From NCBI GenBank assembly GCA_907165135.1, contig OU015569.1, forward strand, positions 5,394,001 through 5,458,000: a DNA stretch of 64,000 nucleotides, written 5' to 3'. The stretch comes from Oikopleura dioica. Lineage: Eukaryota; Animalia; Chordata. The notes beneath the pieces are model-generated. The model ran no database searches, was not told the DNA's origin, and saw nothing but the letters and a program-made list of their open reading frames with translations. Below, one piece after another: positions 49,080 through 59,929 of this stretch. The position numbers and the translations under genes are program-made. Numbering within the stretch: the stretch's first letter is position 1; the number at the start of each line of letters is the position of its first letter.

Positions 49080-50592
49080 GTCAAGCCCCTTAAATTTAAA
49101 AATCAAGGAACGGGGCTGAAACGGCCCGAAGGGCCGTCAAGCCCCTTAAATTTAAAAATCAAGGAACGGGGCTGAAACGGCCCGAAGGGCCGTCAAGCCC
49201 TTAAATTTAAAAATCAAGGAACGGGGCTGAAACGGCCCGAAGGGCCGTCAAGCCCCTTAAATTTAAAAATCAAGGAACGGGGCTGAAACGGCCCGAAGGG
49301 CCGTCAAGCCCCTTAAATTTAAAAATCAAGGAACGGGGCTGAAACGGCCCGAAGGGCCGTCAAGCCCCTTAAATTTAAAAATCAAGGAACGGGGCTGAAA
49401 CGGCCCGAAGGGCCGTCAAGCCCTTAAATTTAAAATCAAGGAACGGGGCTGAAACGGCCCGAAGGGCCGTCAAGCCCCTTAAATTAAAAAATCAAGGAAC
49501 GGGGCTGAAACGGCCCGAAGGGCCGTCAAGCCCCTTAAATTAAAAATCAAGGAACGGGGCTGAAACGGCCCGAAGGGCCGTCAAGCCCCTTAAATTAAAA
49601 ATCAAGGAACGGGGCTGAAACGGCCCGAAGGGCCGTCAAGCCCCTTAAATTAAAAATCAAGGAACGGGGCTGAAACGGCCCGAAGGGCCGTCAAGCCCCT
49701 TAAATTAAAAATCAAGGAACGGGGCTGAAACGGCCCGAAGGGCCGTCAAGCCCCTTAAATTAAAAATCAAGGAACGGGGCTGAAACGGCCCGAAGGGCCG
49801 TCAAGCCCCTTAAATTAAAATCAAGGAACGGGGCTGAAACGGCCCGAAGGGCCGTCAAGCCCCTTAAATTTAAAAATCAAGGAACGGGGCTGAAACGGCC
49901 CGAAGGGCCGTCAAGCCCTTAAATTTAAAAATCAAGGAACGGGGCTGAAACGGCCCGAAGGGCCGTCAAGCCCTTAAATTTAAAATCAAGGAACGGGGCT
50001 GAAACGGCCCGAAGGGCCGTCAAGCCCCTTAAATTTAAAAATCAAGGAACGGGGCTGAAACGGCCCGAAGGGCCGTCAAGCCCCTTAAATTTAAAAATCA
50101 AGGAACGGGGCTTAAACGGCCCGAAGGGCCGTCAAGCCCCTTAAATTAAAATCAAGGAACGGGGCTGAAACGGCCCGAAGGGCCGTCAAGCCCCTTAAAT
50201 TTAAAAATCAAGGAACGGGGCTGAAACGGCCCGAAGGGCCGTCAAGCCCTTAAATTTAAAAATCAAGGAACGGGGCTGAAACGGCCCGAAGGGCCGTCAA
50301 GCCCCTTAAATTTAAAAATCAAGGAACGGGGCTGAAACGGCCCGAAGGGCCGTCAAGCCCCTTAAATTTAAAAATCAAGGAACGGCTGAAACGGCCCGAA
50401 GGGCCGTCAAGCTCCTTAAATTTAAAATCAAGGAACGGGGCTGAAACGGCCCGAAGGGCCGTCAAGCCCTTAAATTTAAAATCAAGGAACGGGGCTGAAA
50501 CGGCCCGAAGGGCCGTCAAGCCCCTTAAATTTAAAAATCAAGGAACGGGGCTGAAACGGCCCGAAGGGCCGTCAAGCCCCTAAAATTTAAAA
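49080..50592. repeat. Minisatellite: 27 copies of a ~56-bp unit (52-56) containing a GC hairpin and an AT palindrome
   Basis: Consensus AAGGAACGGGGCTGAAACGGCCCGAAGGGCCGTCAAGCCCCTTAAATTTAAAAATC. I counted 27 AAGGAACGG starts from 49105 to 50540. Variation is almost only in C/T/A homopolymer length. Confidence 0.98.
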
Positions 50593-51065
50593 AAGAAAAA
50601 GAATTTTTGTTCTTCCAGCAAATTTCTTCCAGTAGTTGAGTCCTCCGGAGGACCTCTGGAATGTTAGCTTTAGTCACATGATAAAATCTAACATATGAAT
50701 GAATATTATTTTTTAGAAAATTAAAATTTGTGTTGGTCTTCCAGCAAAGTTCTTCCACCAGCTGTATCCTCCGGAGGACCATCAATGAGTCATCGATGTC
50801 ACATGACTTATTTTTCATTTAAAATGTTAAATTATAATGGCCCCATGACCTTAAATTCTCAATTTACGACTTTCCCAACTTTGGGCCCCTGTTACGTCAT
50901 AACCACGTGACCTCTGGAAATTCTCAACCCCCTCTGCACCACCTCCAAACCCTCCTCTACAAGTTTACTATTGTTCATATGGTCCTATCTCTTACCAGTT
51001 AAGAGCCTATAATGGACAAATGATGGGCCAACCTAAAAAAAACAGTGTTAAAGCTAATTTAAAAT

Positions 51066-52876
51066 CTAGTGCCAGCTGAAGACGACGTTTAAAAAGGGAA
51101 CTAACAAAAAGAATGGGCAGCTGATAGTGGTGTAAGCTAATGTGACCGTAGCAATGAGGGAGGAGATATTGGATTGAATGAAGTTGCCTTCCGTCGCGAG
51201 CTTGCCAGAGAGGAGCGCAAAAGCGGCGGCAACGACGGCTGTCGCAGGATCGATAACGACCACTGTGTTGGAGAGGTTAGAAAGGATGGGGATGGTGGCC
51301 AGGAAAGGTAGATAGATCACGTGGTAAAATGCCCACATGAAGCCATTGCCTTGGATTTTGGTGGAGTAATCAGCTTCAGTCATAACTTTATAGCTGGTCA
51401 GGAGCACATTCAGAAGCGCAGCTGCAAAGAGGGCCAGATTGTCGGTGTTCCAGGCGGCGAGGGAGGGCATGATCAGGATCAAAGTGATTATTTCTCCAGC
51501 ACGAGCAAATCCTCGCTAAAGGGAAACGTAAGCTATGAACATGATACCATCAAGTATGACTTACCGCGCAGATCTTAGAGTTGTCGAACATGAATGACTG
51601 GAGGTAGTTGTGGAGCCAAGAGAACGAGAGTTTGAAGTCTAAAGAACATCTCAAATCGACGATTCATTACTCGTTTCTTACCCGAATTGGCAGAGTTTCC
51701 CACAAGGCTGTAGGCTGAAATAAAGAGGAGGGCAGTTTCGCCAATGGCGCTGGAGTTTTCGTTCACGAAGTTAGCTGGCAGGGCAAAGACAGCGGCAGAG
51801 ACAATGGCGATAATGGTGGCGAGGAAAAATTGCTGATTTTTAAATCGTGGCTTCAAGTGCTAAAATAACGATTTGCGGAAAGAAAAAGATATTGATGCTT
51901 ACCAAGACAGAGCCGACAGCAATGAGGAGGGCGCCTGCCATTTGGGTGCTCTGCTCTTGGACATTGAACGTTTTAAAGGCGTAGAAGCAATAAAATGTCC
52001 ACACGAAAAGAGCTGGGGCGACGTAAATCTGAAATATTTTTCTGCTGATATGTTGCTAAACTCGTAAAATTACCGTAAGAAGCGTTCCAATAAACTTGCA
52101 AAAGGGGTTGGCATACTTCTCGAACCATGGGCAAGATTGTGTGGCAGGAGCAGTCGACTGTTCCTGATCGTCTTCGTCTGCTGAGAACTGTTCGACTGGG
52201 ACCGGTTCGGCTTTAACTGGTGCTTCTGCTTCTTTTTTCTTCGCGATCCTAGTCGACTTTCGCTGAAATAGAAAATTGAGACATAGATGACTCGAGAAAG
52301 TCTTACTCTGTAGCTGTCCTGAAGGAGTTCTACTTCGATGGGAACATCGTCTCGTCTTCGACCTCGAGATCGGCTTCGCGATCGACGGATACGAGCTCGT
52401 CCTTCAGCTTCTCCGGCCACATTCGCCCAGGCATAATCAACCGGATTCATGTCAGCAGATGGTGTTTGCTTCTTTGAGGTGGCGCGGGCACGTGACTTTC
52501 GAACGGTGGGTTTCTCCTCACGTTCTGGGGAAGGGGACTCCTCTCGCTTGACCGGTTTGACTGTTTGGACGTTGACTGTGCTCTTTCGTCCACGTGAGCG
52601 GGATCGATTTCGGGAACCAATCGCTTTCACATGGGCAAAAGTGAAGGTCCCTAAAAATTAATTTAATATGAACCATTCGCAATTTTTCGGAATTTCATGA
52701 TAGACTTGATAATGAGAGTTACCTTGCTTCTGTTCACCATTATCGTCGACGGTCATGACTTCGTAGCCGTAGCCGCGAACGAGCTTGATGACCGACCCGT
52801 TTCGGTACTCGCCTTTGCGACCATCGTCTCTCTCGACATAAACCACCACCGGGTCTCCCGTCTTTCGGGTGGGCAT
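51066..52876 (-). CDS. LBR: Lamin B receptor-like protein (Tudor-like N-terminus, RS region, degenerate ERG24-type TM domain)
   Basis: MPTRKTGDPVV resembles LBR MPSRKFADGEVV, followed by two RSRSRSRG stretches. The TM region has EADYSTKIQGNGFMWAFYHVIYLPF, similar to LBR [29 protein letters not shown]. Confidence 0.8.
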
Positions 52877-53840
52877 AATCGCTATCTACGTTCAAATTTA
52901 TCTGAAGAGGAAAATTTAAATATCAGACAAGGGTTCTTGAATTGAAGGTCAATTTTAAGACTAAAGCTACTAGTATGCGAGCGCTTCTTTTTCGCAAAAT
53001 CTAAAAACGCGATTTTTTGAACGTCGTTCAATGAACGACCGTAAACCCTTAGAGAGAGGGGATTAAAAAGACGAGGGAATGATTTTAGTATAGAAAGGAC
53101 TTTGAGCGAATATCTTCTATGTTTCTCATTGATTACTAACTTTAGGACAGAGAAAATCGCCATTTTTAGACTCAAAGAGAAGCTAGTATTATTGATTGGG
53201 CTCCGTAAACAGTCTCAATTTAAGATTTTCGAGTTCAAGCGCTAGAACTAATAGATTTAGTCTTTTGCAAATTTGAGTAGCAGAGATTGACAAATGAACT
53301 GAATGAGGAACTAGAGTGGCACCGGTTGAGTAGGGTACATGTGAAGAATAAAACAATATTCTTAAACATCTTTTCGAAACGAGCTCTGAGGGAAATAATA
53401 TCAGCCCCGAAATTCTCAACGAAATTTATCGTAAAATAAATTAGTGTGTATAAATAATAAAGAAGCTAATTCAACGCGCTTTGAGTCTAGATAGAGGATG
53501 TCTCGACGGAGAGCTTGCCCAAATCGTAAATCTGGTTTTCATCGTTGTTGAGTGCCTTTTGTTCCATCTAAGAAGCGCGGGTGACTAGAGACACTCTCAA
53601 GGAACACTTGCGGACACGAGTGCCACGTTAACTTTCAAATGCCCTTAAGAACTCTGATTCCTTTCAACTGTTAAACACAAAATAAGGTCAATCGGCAATT
53701 TTCAAAGAATGTGTCTGACCGATATTTCCCGCCTTTCGTCGAATTAAATGGTCGATGCGTAGATAAGAGATAACTTCTCTCCGGAAAAAATCGTATTGAT
53801 TATTAATTTGTTTGGTCGCGCCGTGGGGTCTAAAGGACTC

Positions 53841-54951
53841 CTAGAAAGGGCAATGCTTCGAGTAGGGCCCAATCCTCGCTGCTATTTTAAATTGAGTTGG
53901 CTCAAAAGTCACCCGTTCATAAGATACTGCAGATCTTCGATCCTTGAGCGACGGGTAAAACTGGCGGTAGCCAATGTAGGCCATTACTGTGCCGAGACAG
54001 GAGCCAACTGTGACATCTTGCCAATGATGCTTGTAATCGCAAGTTCGCCCGATCGCGTTCAGAATCGCCAACAATGGAAGCGTCAGGCAGATTATTAGAT
54101 TTTCCGTCTTTGGAAGGCGGCCACTTTCGGAAATGGAATTGCCAACTCTGAGCAAACGCATAATGACAGATTAGAAGGTAAATGTTAATTACCTAAGTTT
54201 GCCGGCAAGATAGAGCGAGATCCAAACGCAGAAAGAGAACAAAAAGCTTGAATGGCCAGACGGAAAGGACTTGCGTCCCTCGATGATGTCCTCGTAATTG
54301 CCCGTGCATTCCAAATTGTACGGATTGGGCTGGCCAGCAGGTGGATTCCCATCGGGAAAGCAGCGGAAAAAGAAGTCGGGACGAGGGCGGCCGTATTTGT
54401 TCTTGATTAGATTGGTGGCGATTCCGTTCATTCCCATCGCTGATAATCAAAATTCAGAGTCGATCATGTTTTCAGGAACTTACTTAGAGAAGCGGAAAGA
54501 ATGCCGGCGATGAGGTCAAGACGGGCGGTTTCGCCATACTTCTGGGATTTCTTGTTTTTCAGATAGCGGCCGCAGATGACCAGCAGTGGGCAAAGGACGA
54601 CAAGAGTGAAAAGGGTCGAGGTCGGGAGCAGGTCCTGGCTCATCGTCTTAGTGGGGAATTTGTAGAGCCACCATTCTTCGTCTTGGATAATGCGGAAAAA
54701 CGGAACCGCCCATTCTGAAAAAAAAAATCAATCAAAAAATTATCGTCGCGATTCATTGTTGCTCGCCAACAACTTTAACACTTTAGTTCACTTCAAAATG
54801 TTTGCTCGATATTTGGAAAGAATTTTTTCCACGGTAAATTTTTAAGATAAATGATGAATAACTTGCCTGTAAGAAGAAATCCAAGAAGAAGCGCCACCCG
54901 GAGAAGCGCTTCTTTGTAAATGTAATTTCTGAGTCGCACCCCGCTAGTCAT
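53841..54951 (-). CDS. PLPP5: Phospholipid phosphatase PLPP4/PLPP5 (PAP2 family)
   Basis: PAP2 motifs [31 protein letters not shown] and [16 protein letters not shown]-terminus EALLRVALL...[17 protein letters not shown]. Confidence 0.93.
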
Positions 54952-55743
54952 CGTCTTCAATCGCCGCTTCTTTTGCTTCTTCTCTGAGTCAGGAGGACAT
55001 CGTCCGGAAGATCTCTGTCGACTCAAAACACGCGTCGAAAAAAAACAAAACGACTCAAAAATTCGTTGCTCGAGCCGCGCGCCAAGCCGGCGCTGATTGG
55101 CCCGTCGCCTGATGGCGTCAAGCCACGGGTAGCCCGCGGCGCTGTCGGCCAATCACAGCCAGTTTCACCAAGTTTGAAAAGAAAAAATGCTCCAAGAGCT
55201 CGTCCATCCTCCTGGCAGCCGTCCAACGCGTAAAAAGGGCTACTACGGACCCGCCTTTTTCACGCCGCTAATTTTAACTTGCGAATGAGTCATCCTTTCA
55301 ATTGGATCCTCTATTCTCCCATTTTCAATGACTATTCTTACTGCAGGCTTTTGCACTACGGACTCCTTCTAAATCATGAAATTTCGAATCGATAACTATC
55401 CATTCAAACAATAGAATACGTAAACAAACCTCAAAATTCATTTTCATAGAAATTCTCCGGACAGCGAGGACATTTTAAAATCAGTCTAGTGTTATTGAAG
55501 CTTCCTGCGATTTTATATTAAAGTGCAACTGCAAGAATTAGGAAAGAAGAACATCGTCGCTAGCATTGGTAAAATAGCAGCGCGACGATTGAGTACTGTC
55601 ATATAATATATTATTATATATTTGGTGATGCTTTGTGTACAGGTTTAAAGGGTTTTGTGAGATTTGTGTATGTGTGAAGTGGCAGTGAGAAATATGGTAA
55701 AAAGAATGTGAAAGTGTGAATATGGAATGGGTGAGATGTGAAT

Positions 55744-57968
55744 TCAGGGTGCGTTGGGCGGCTCGAACGGCATGCACGACTGGTCCAAGTTGAGAGTTCT
55801 AAAAGTTTATAGTTAGGAATCATGGAAGAGTAAAAGTGAGACTACCTGTCGAGAACTGGGGCCGGATTGCGCATGGGCGTGTTCCAAACAGAAGTCTCGC
55901 GACGCTGATTGATTCTGTTCAGTCGGTTGGGCTTGTGCTTGAGCTGCTGGCCGAGCAACTCTCGCATGTCCACCAGACGATCAGGATGAGCGTAGCAGCT
56001 CTGAAAGGCAAATAATAGAAACGAATTTCAACTTTGAGAAACTACCGTGAAGATGTCGACGGTTGGGACAGTCTCCCAATACTGCAATTTAAGGCGGTTT
56101 TTGAGCGCTTCCTTGAGTGCCCAAGCGGGAACCTTTTTTCGAGGATTTTCGTCGTCATCAGTTTCATCCCCGCTGGACAAGTCGTCGAGGCCGTAATCTT
56201 CCGCCGTCTTATTCGCGGTCGACTTGTCTGTGTTCTTCGGCGTCATCTTTCGAACAGATTTAGATACCGCTTCTATGAGTAATTATATACCTCGTATGAT
56301 TCAGCATTGACAGGAGGAAAGTCTGACGAGACATTGGAACCTCCCCCTGGAGTGAAGAGCTTCACGCTGGGCATCGGCAACTGCGTCATTTGGGACTTGG
56401 GTTTTGTCACCACGAAAGTTGCCTCCATTGGTGAATCCTCGACTACCTAAAATTCATTTTAGCGAGCGATCAAAAAGACGAATCTTCTTACCAGTCTGGG
56501 CTTATCGAATTTTGAAGCTTCGATGTTGTCTTTTGAGGGAACGGAGTCCATCGACATTGGCTCCTCGCTCGAGACAGAAGTCGTCTTCTGTTTCCTGAAA
56601 AGTGGTTAGCTTTACATCTTAGGTAATTGAAGAAACTTACTTTGATTGCCCTGCGCGCACTGACTTGAGAGAAGGAACAGGTTTTTTGTTTTCCTGCTTT
56701 TTGATCAGCTCTTCTTTACGGCGTTTCTCATCCTCCTCTCGTCGCTCTTTGGCGCTAGAATACTCAACTTACAAGCGGAAAAATGAAATAGCTTCTTACC
56801 GTTGCATCTTTGCCTCTTTTTCGCGCTTTCGCTTCTCTCGCTCTTCTTTTTGTTCCTCCTGTTTCTTTTTCATCCTCTCCGCATCCTGTTTCTTTTTTAT
56901 CTCAAACTTCTCTTTAGCAGAGTTTGTTCGAGTTTGGGGCTTCTTTGGCGAGTCTTTGGACGCGAATAATGAGCTGCTCGAACCAGAGGTTCCCGCCTGG
57001 AATTTCTTGTTAAAAAGAAGCAGTAGAAAATAAAATTACCTTTGAAGAGAAAAGCGATGATTGAGAAGGAGAGGGAGATCTCAGTCGCAGTTTTTGAGGT
57101 GCCTTTGACAATGGAGGTGCTTTTGCGCTTTTTGACGACTTACTCTGGCTCCTATTAGTGATCAGTTACTTGTTTGGAAACAGAAGCAAAACTTACAATT
57201 GCGTAGCACTTGCCGCTTTCTTCAGTCGTTTTTCATGGCTCTGCACGGGTGTCATGTTGAATTCGCGTTTTGATGCTCTAGTCGTCCGTGCAGGCAGTGC
57301 TGGACTACTCACAGTTTTCTGGAGCGTGTTCTGCAGCACTGTGGAGCGCGTCGTTCGCGAAGGAGTCTCGTCGATGTCTGCGCTCCAGTCCAGTTTCTGG
57401 ATCGGGCTAATGAGAGGCTCTGGTGCATCGATATCTCTCTTCGCCTTTTGCGCAGTCGAGCAAAACTCAGCTGCAGAAGGGACGGGGATCGCAACTTCCG
57501 TATTCTGCAGTGTCTCGTCGGCCTCATCTTCTTGCTCCGGTGTGGGTCTTTCGATCAGATCTACTTTCTGTCTAGCGGAGCCGATCAGCGGCCTCACGAA
57601 CCCTAAAATCATTGCGTTACAGATGACAAGAGTATTTAGACTCTAAATTTTAGAGACTTACTTATTCCAGCCTCGACTAGTTGCTCGCCTACCACGGCAT
57701 CCTCGAGGCCGGCTGATTGGAGGAGCGGTTGGCACAGTCGGATGAAGACGGCGCCTTTCGCTACCTTCTCGACTGGATCGGCTCTGACCGACTGCAGTTC
57801 CTCCATTATGTAAGAGAGAAACTTCGTGGCATTGTCGTAGCACTTGATCGCCTTACACGCGTTCAGAGCCGCTGAGCCGGTGCAGGACTTCTCGAACTCG
57901 CGAAGATCCGCAATGATTTTGCTCGTCTTCGTCCGGCAGCTCTGAATTATCGCCGCATTAGTCGACAT
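55744..57968 (-). CDS. INCENP: Inner centromere protein (INCENP)
   Basis: C-terminal IN-box YGLDDLSSGDETDDDENPRKKVPAWA...QY...RRETSVWNTP, a central E/K/R-rich helix (56700-56900), an S/T-P-rich linker and a helical N-terminus. Confidence 0.88.
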
Positions 57969-59024
57969 CTAAAAGAAAATGGTCAGATTGTTAAAAACTA
58001 TATATAAACAAATAACAACAATGATATATCAAAAAGCATAAAAATCACCTTGCCGTGCTATTTCGGTTTCCGGTCGGATCCGAACTGATTCACTCTCGCG
58101 ACGGTCCTCAGTAAAAAACACGTGTTCTAGAAAAAAGCAGGAATTTTAATTTTCCGTCTAACTTCTCATAAATTTCTCTCGAAAAGGAAAAACAGCGCTA
58201 GGAGAAAAATCGAATATTTCGATTCGGCCGCCAACGAGCCGCGTCAAATCGCGCGCGCTCTGAGAAACTCGTCGCCTCATTGGCGGAGCGCCCTTCGCTC
58301 CGAATTTAAAATTCTTGGGAAAAGTCTGAACCATTTTTCTCAAGCAAAATGGGTCCAGCGAGTACATTTGGGGATATTCTTGGAACTCGAGCTGCTAATG
58401 AATCTGTAGCTTTCTGTGTATCACCATTTTGAAATAAAGTTAACATTATTTTTCTAACCAGGGGATGAGAACCTTCCTAAATCAGAGCCTTTATTAATAT
58501 GGCTGTTGTGGAATCTACACTGTAAATTCTAACCCATACAAATAATTCCCCAAATAATAATCTCTGCTAATTGTGCTTACCTCTATCAAGCGATGTTTTC
58601 GAATGAAAGCGGTTGTAGGAAAGCAGTGGAAAATTGACGAAGCGTCGTTGTTTTCGAAAAACACCTGCAAAAATTTATGGAAACTACCCAAGAGATTATG
58701 GCGCCAAATTACGTTTGTTGCGAAGTTCAAAAGGTTTTGCAAGTTCACCCTTTTCGATCGACCGTTTACGGCCGAAATGACTGTTTACTGTTACTTATAT
58801 ACAAATTTGGCAGTGCGCAGCATTTCGGAAGAAGAAAGAAACTTGAATTAGAATATATATTACTATTATAACTTATGGTTCGAAAGGAGAACAGAAAATT
58901 GTAGATTTCGCGCAGCTGTCTCTCATCACGTCGCTGATGGATGGTAGTGTCTGGGCGCCAGGGAGAGTGGAATCTTTATACAGTAAGGCTTTGCTTTGTG
59001 AACTCGCGCGGTTTTATCTAAAGA

Positions 59025-59860
59025 AGTTTATAGCTACTGTTAGGGCGAGAAAGAGAGAGGCTCACCAGGAATCCCCTTGCGGACCTCGCCCCGCATTGGG
59101 ACGTTGTCTGCTTGGTTGTCAGTAGTGATGGCAGCGCTGAAGATTCGCTCTGTTTGTACCGCTCGACCGCGCTGCGAGCAACGAAGGGGCATGATCACAG
59201 GTAGCTGCGCCAAAGACTGGTCACCGATGATTACTTTGTTGTTGGTGTCTAGTGCGTAGACGGGTCGGAATAACGACGCCTGAAATTAATTTTACGAAAA
59301 ATTCAACAGCTGCAGTTGCAAATCATTCTATAACCCGGAGGGATCCTATTTGTAATTTAGAATTATCCAGAGTTGAATTAGAGTTGAATTTAATTTAATC
59401 ATTTTGAAAATCAAAAGCTCAAAATTGTCGATTGTTTTCAAGCGCTTTTTACATTGCGAGAAATCAACGATGACTGGTAGCCTGTGAGTGGGCTGGGTAG
59501 AAGGAGGGTTTGGATTTGGCCAGTATTTTGGAATAGATAACTAAAATGATAAGTTCAACGGGCCCTGGAACGATTCTTACTTTGCTGAGAGTTGTTTTTG
59601 CGCGGATTAGGTCTCTGGTAACTTCGCGGCCATCTATAGCTTGGGTTGAAGAACTCGATAACTAAAAATATATTTCTCATGGAAGTTCAAGGAATAAGTT
59701 TAATCATCGTCATTGTCTGGTGCTTCCGGATTCCGGTTTACACTTTTTCATTCACCGGTAAATTTAATATCTCCAGTGCTTATATAGAATCCGGTCTATA
59801 TAAAACCTTTAAAAATCACTGTAGATTCTACTGTGTTTGTGCTTGTCACCTGGCAAGTTA
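59025..59860 (-). CDS. Possible orphan gene or extreme 3' exons of TTLL3
   Basis: An open exon ~59065-59280 (ASLFRPVYALDTNNKVIIGDQSLAQLPVIMPLRC...) has AG/GT boundaries, with further short exon-like pieces upstream. Confidence 0.3.
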
Positions 59861-59929
59861 AGGGGCTTAGTTTTCCTGATATTTTTTCTCTTTTCCTAGT
59901 AAACGTTCCACCAGAATTATATAAACCAA

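Larger units (their letters stand above)
48513..51049. mobile_element. Non-autonomous foldback-like DNA transposon with ~450-bp modular TIRs enclosing a tandem array
   Basis: 48513-~48670 and ~50890-51049 are near-perfect reverse complements (aaCACTGttttttttaggttggcccatc... / ...gatgggccaacctaaaaaaaaCAGTGtt). Looser inverted similarity with two subterminal modules per arm extends to ~48960 and ~50590. No transposase ORF. Confidence 0.88.

Noticed and set aside
49105-49150. Tandem hammerhead ribozyme or retrozyme (CTGAAAC-GGCCC-GAA-GGGCC-GTCAA resembles CUGAUGA-GGCC-GAAA-GGCC-GAAAC)
   Set aside because: Catalytic core positions G8, A9, A13 and A14 are not conserved, no three-way junction forms, and the minus strand lacks the core as well.
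49080-50592. CRISPR array (palindromic repeats at regular spacing)
   Set aside because: The intervening sequence is identical between units (no unique spacers), there are no cas genes, and the context is eukaryotic. It is a tandem minisatellite.
50319-50818. ORFs with repeated peptides (TALRAVSAPFLDFKFK; ICWK)
   Set aside because: They are translations of the minisatellite and the subterminal repeats, and frequent homopolymer frameshifts show no coding constraint.
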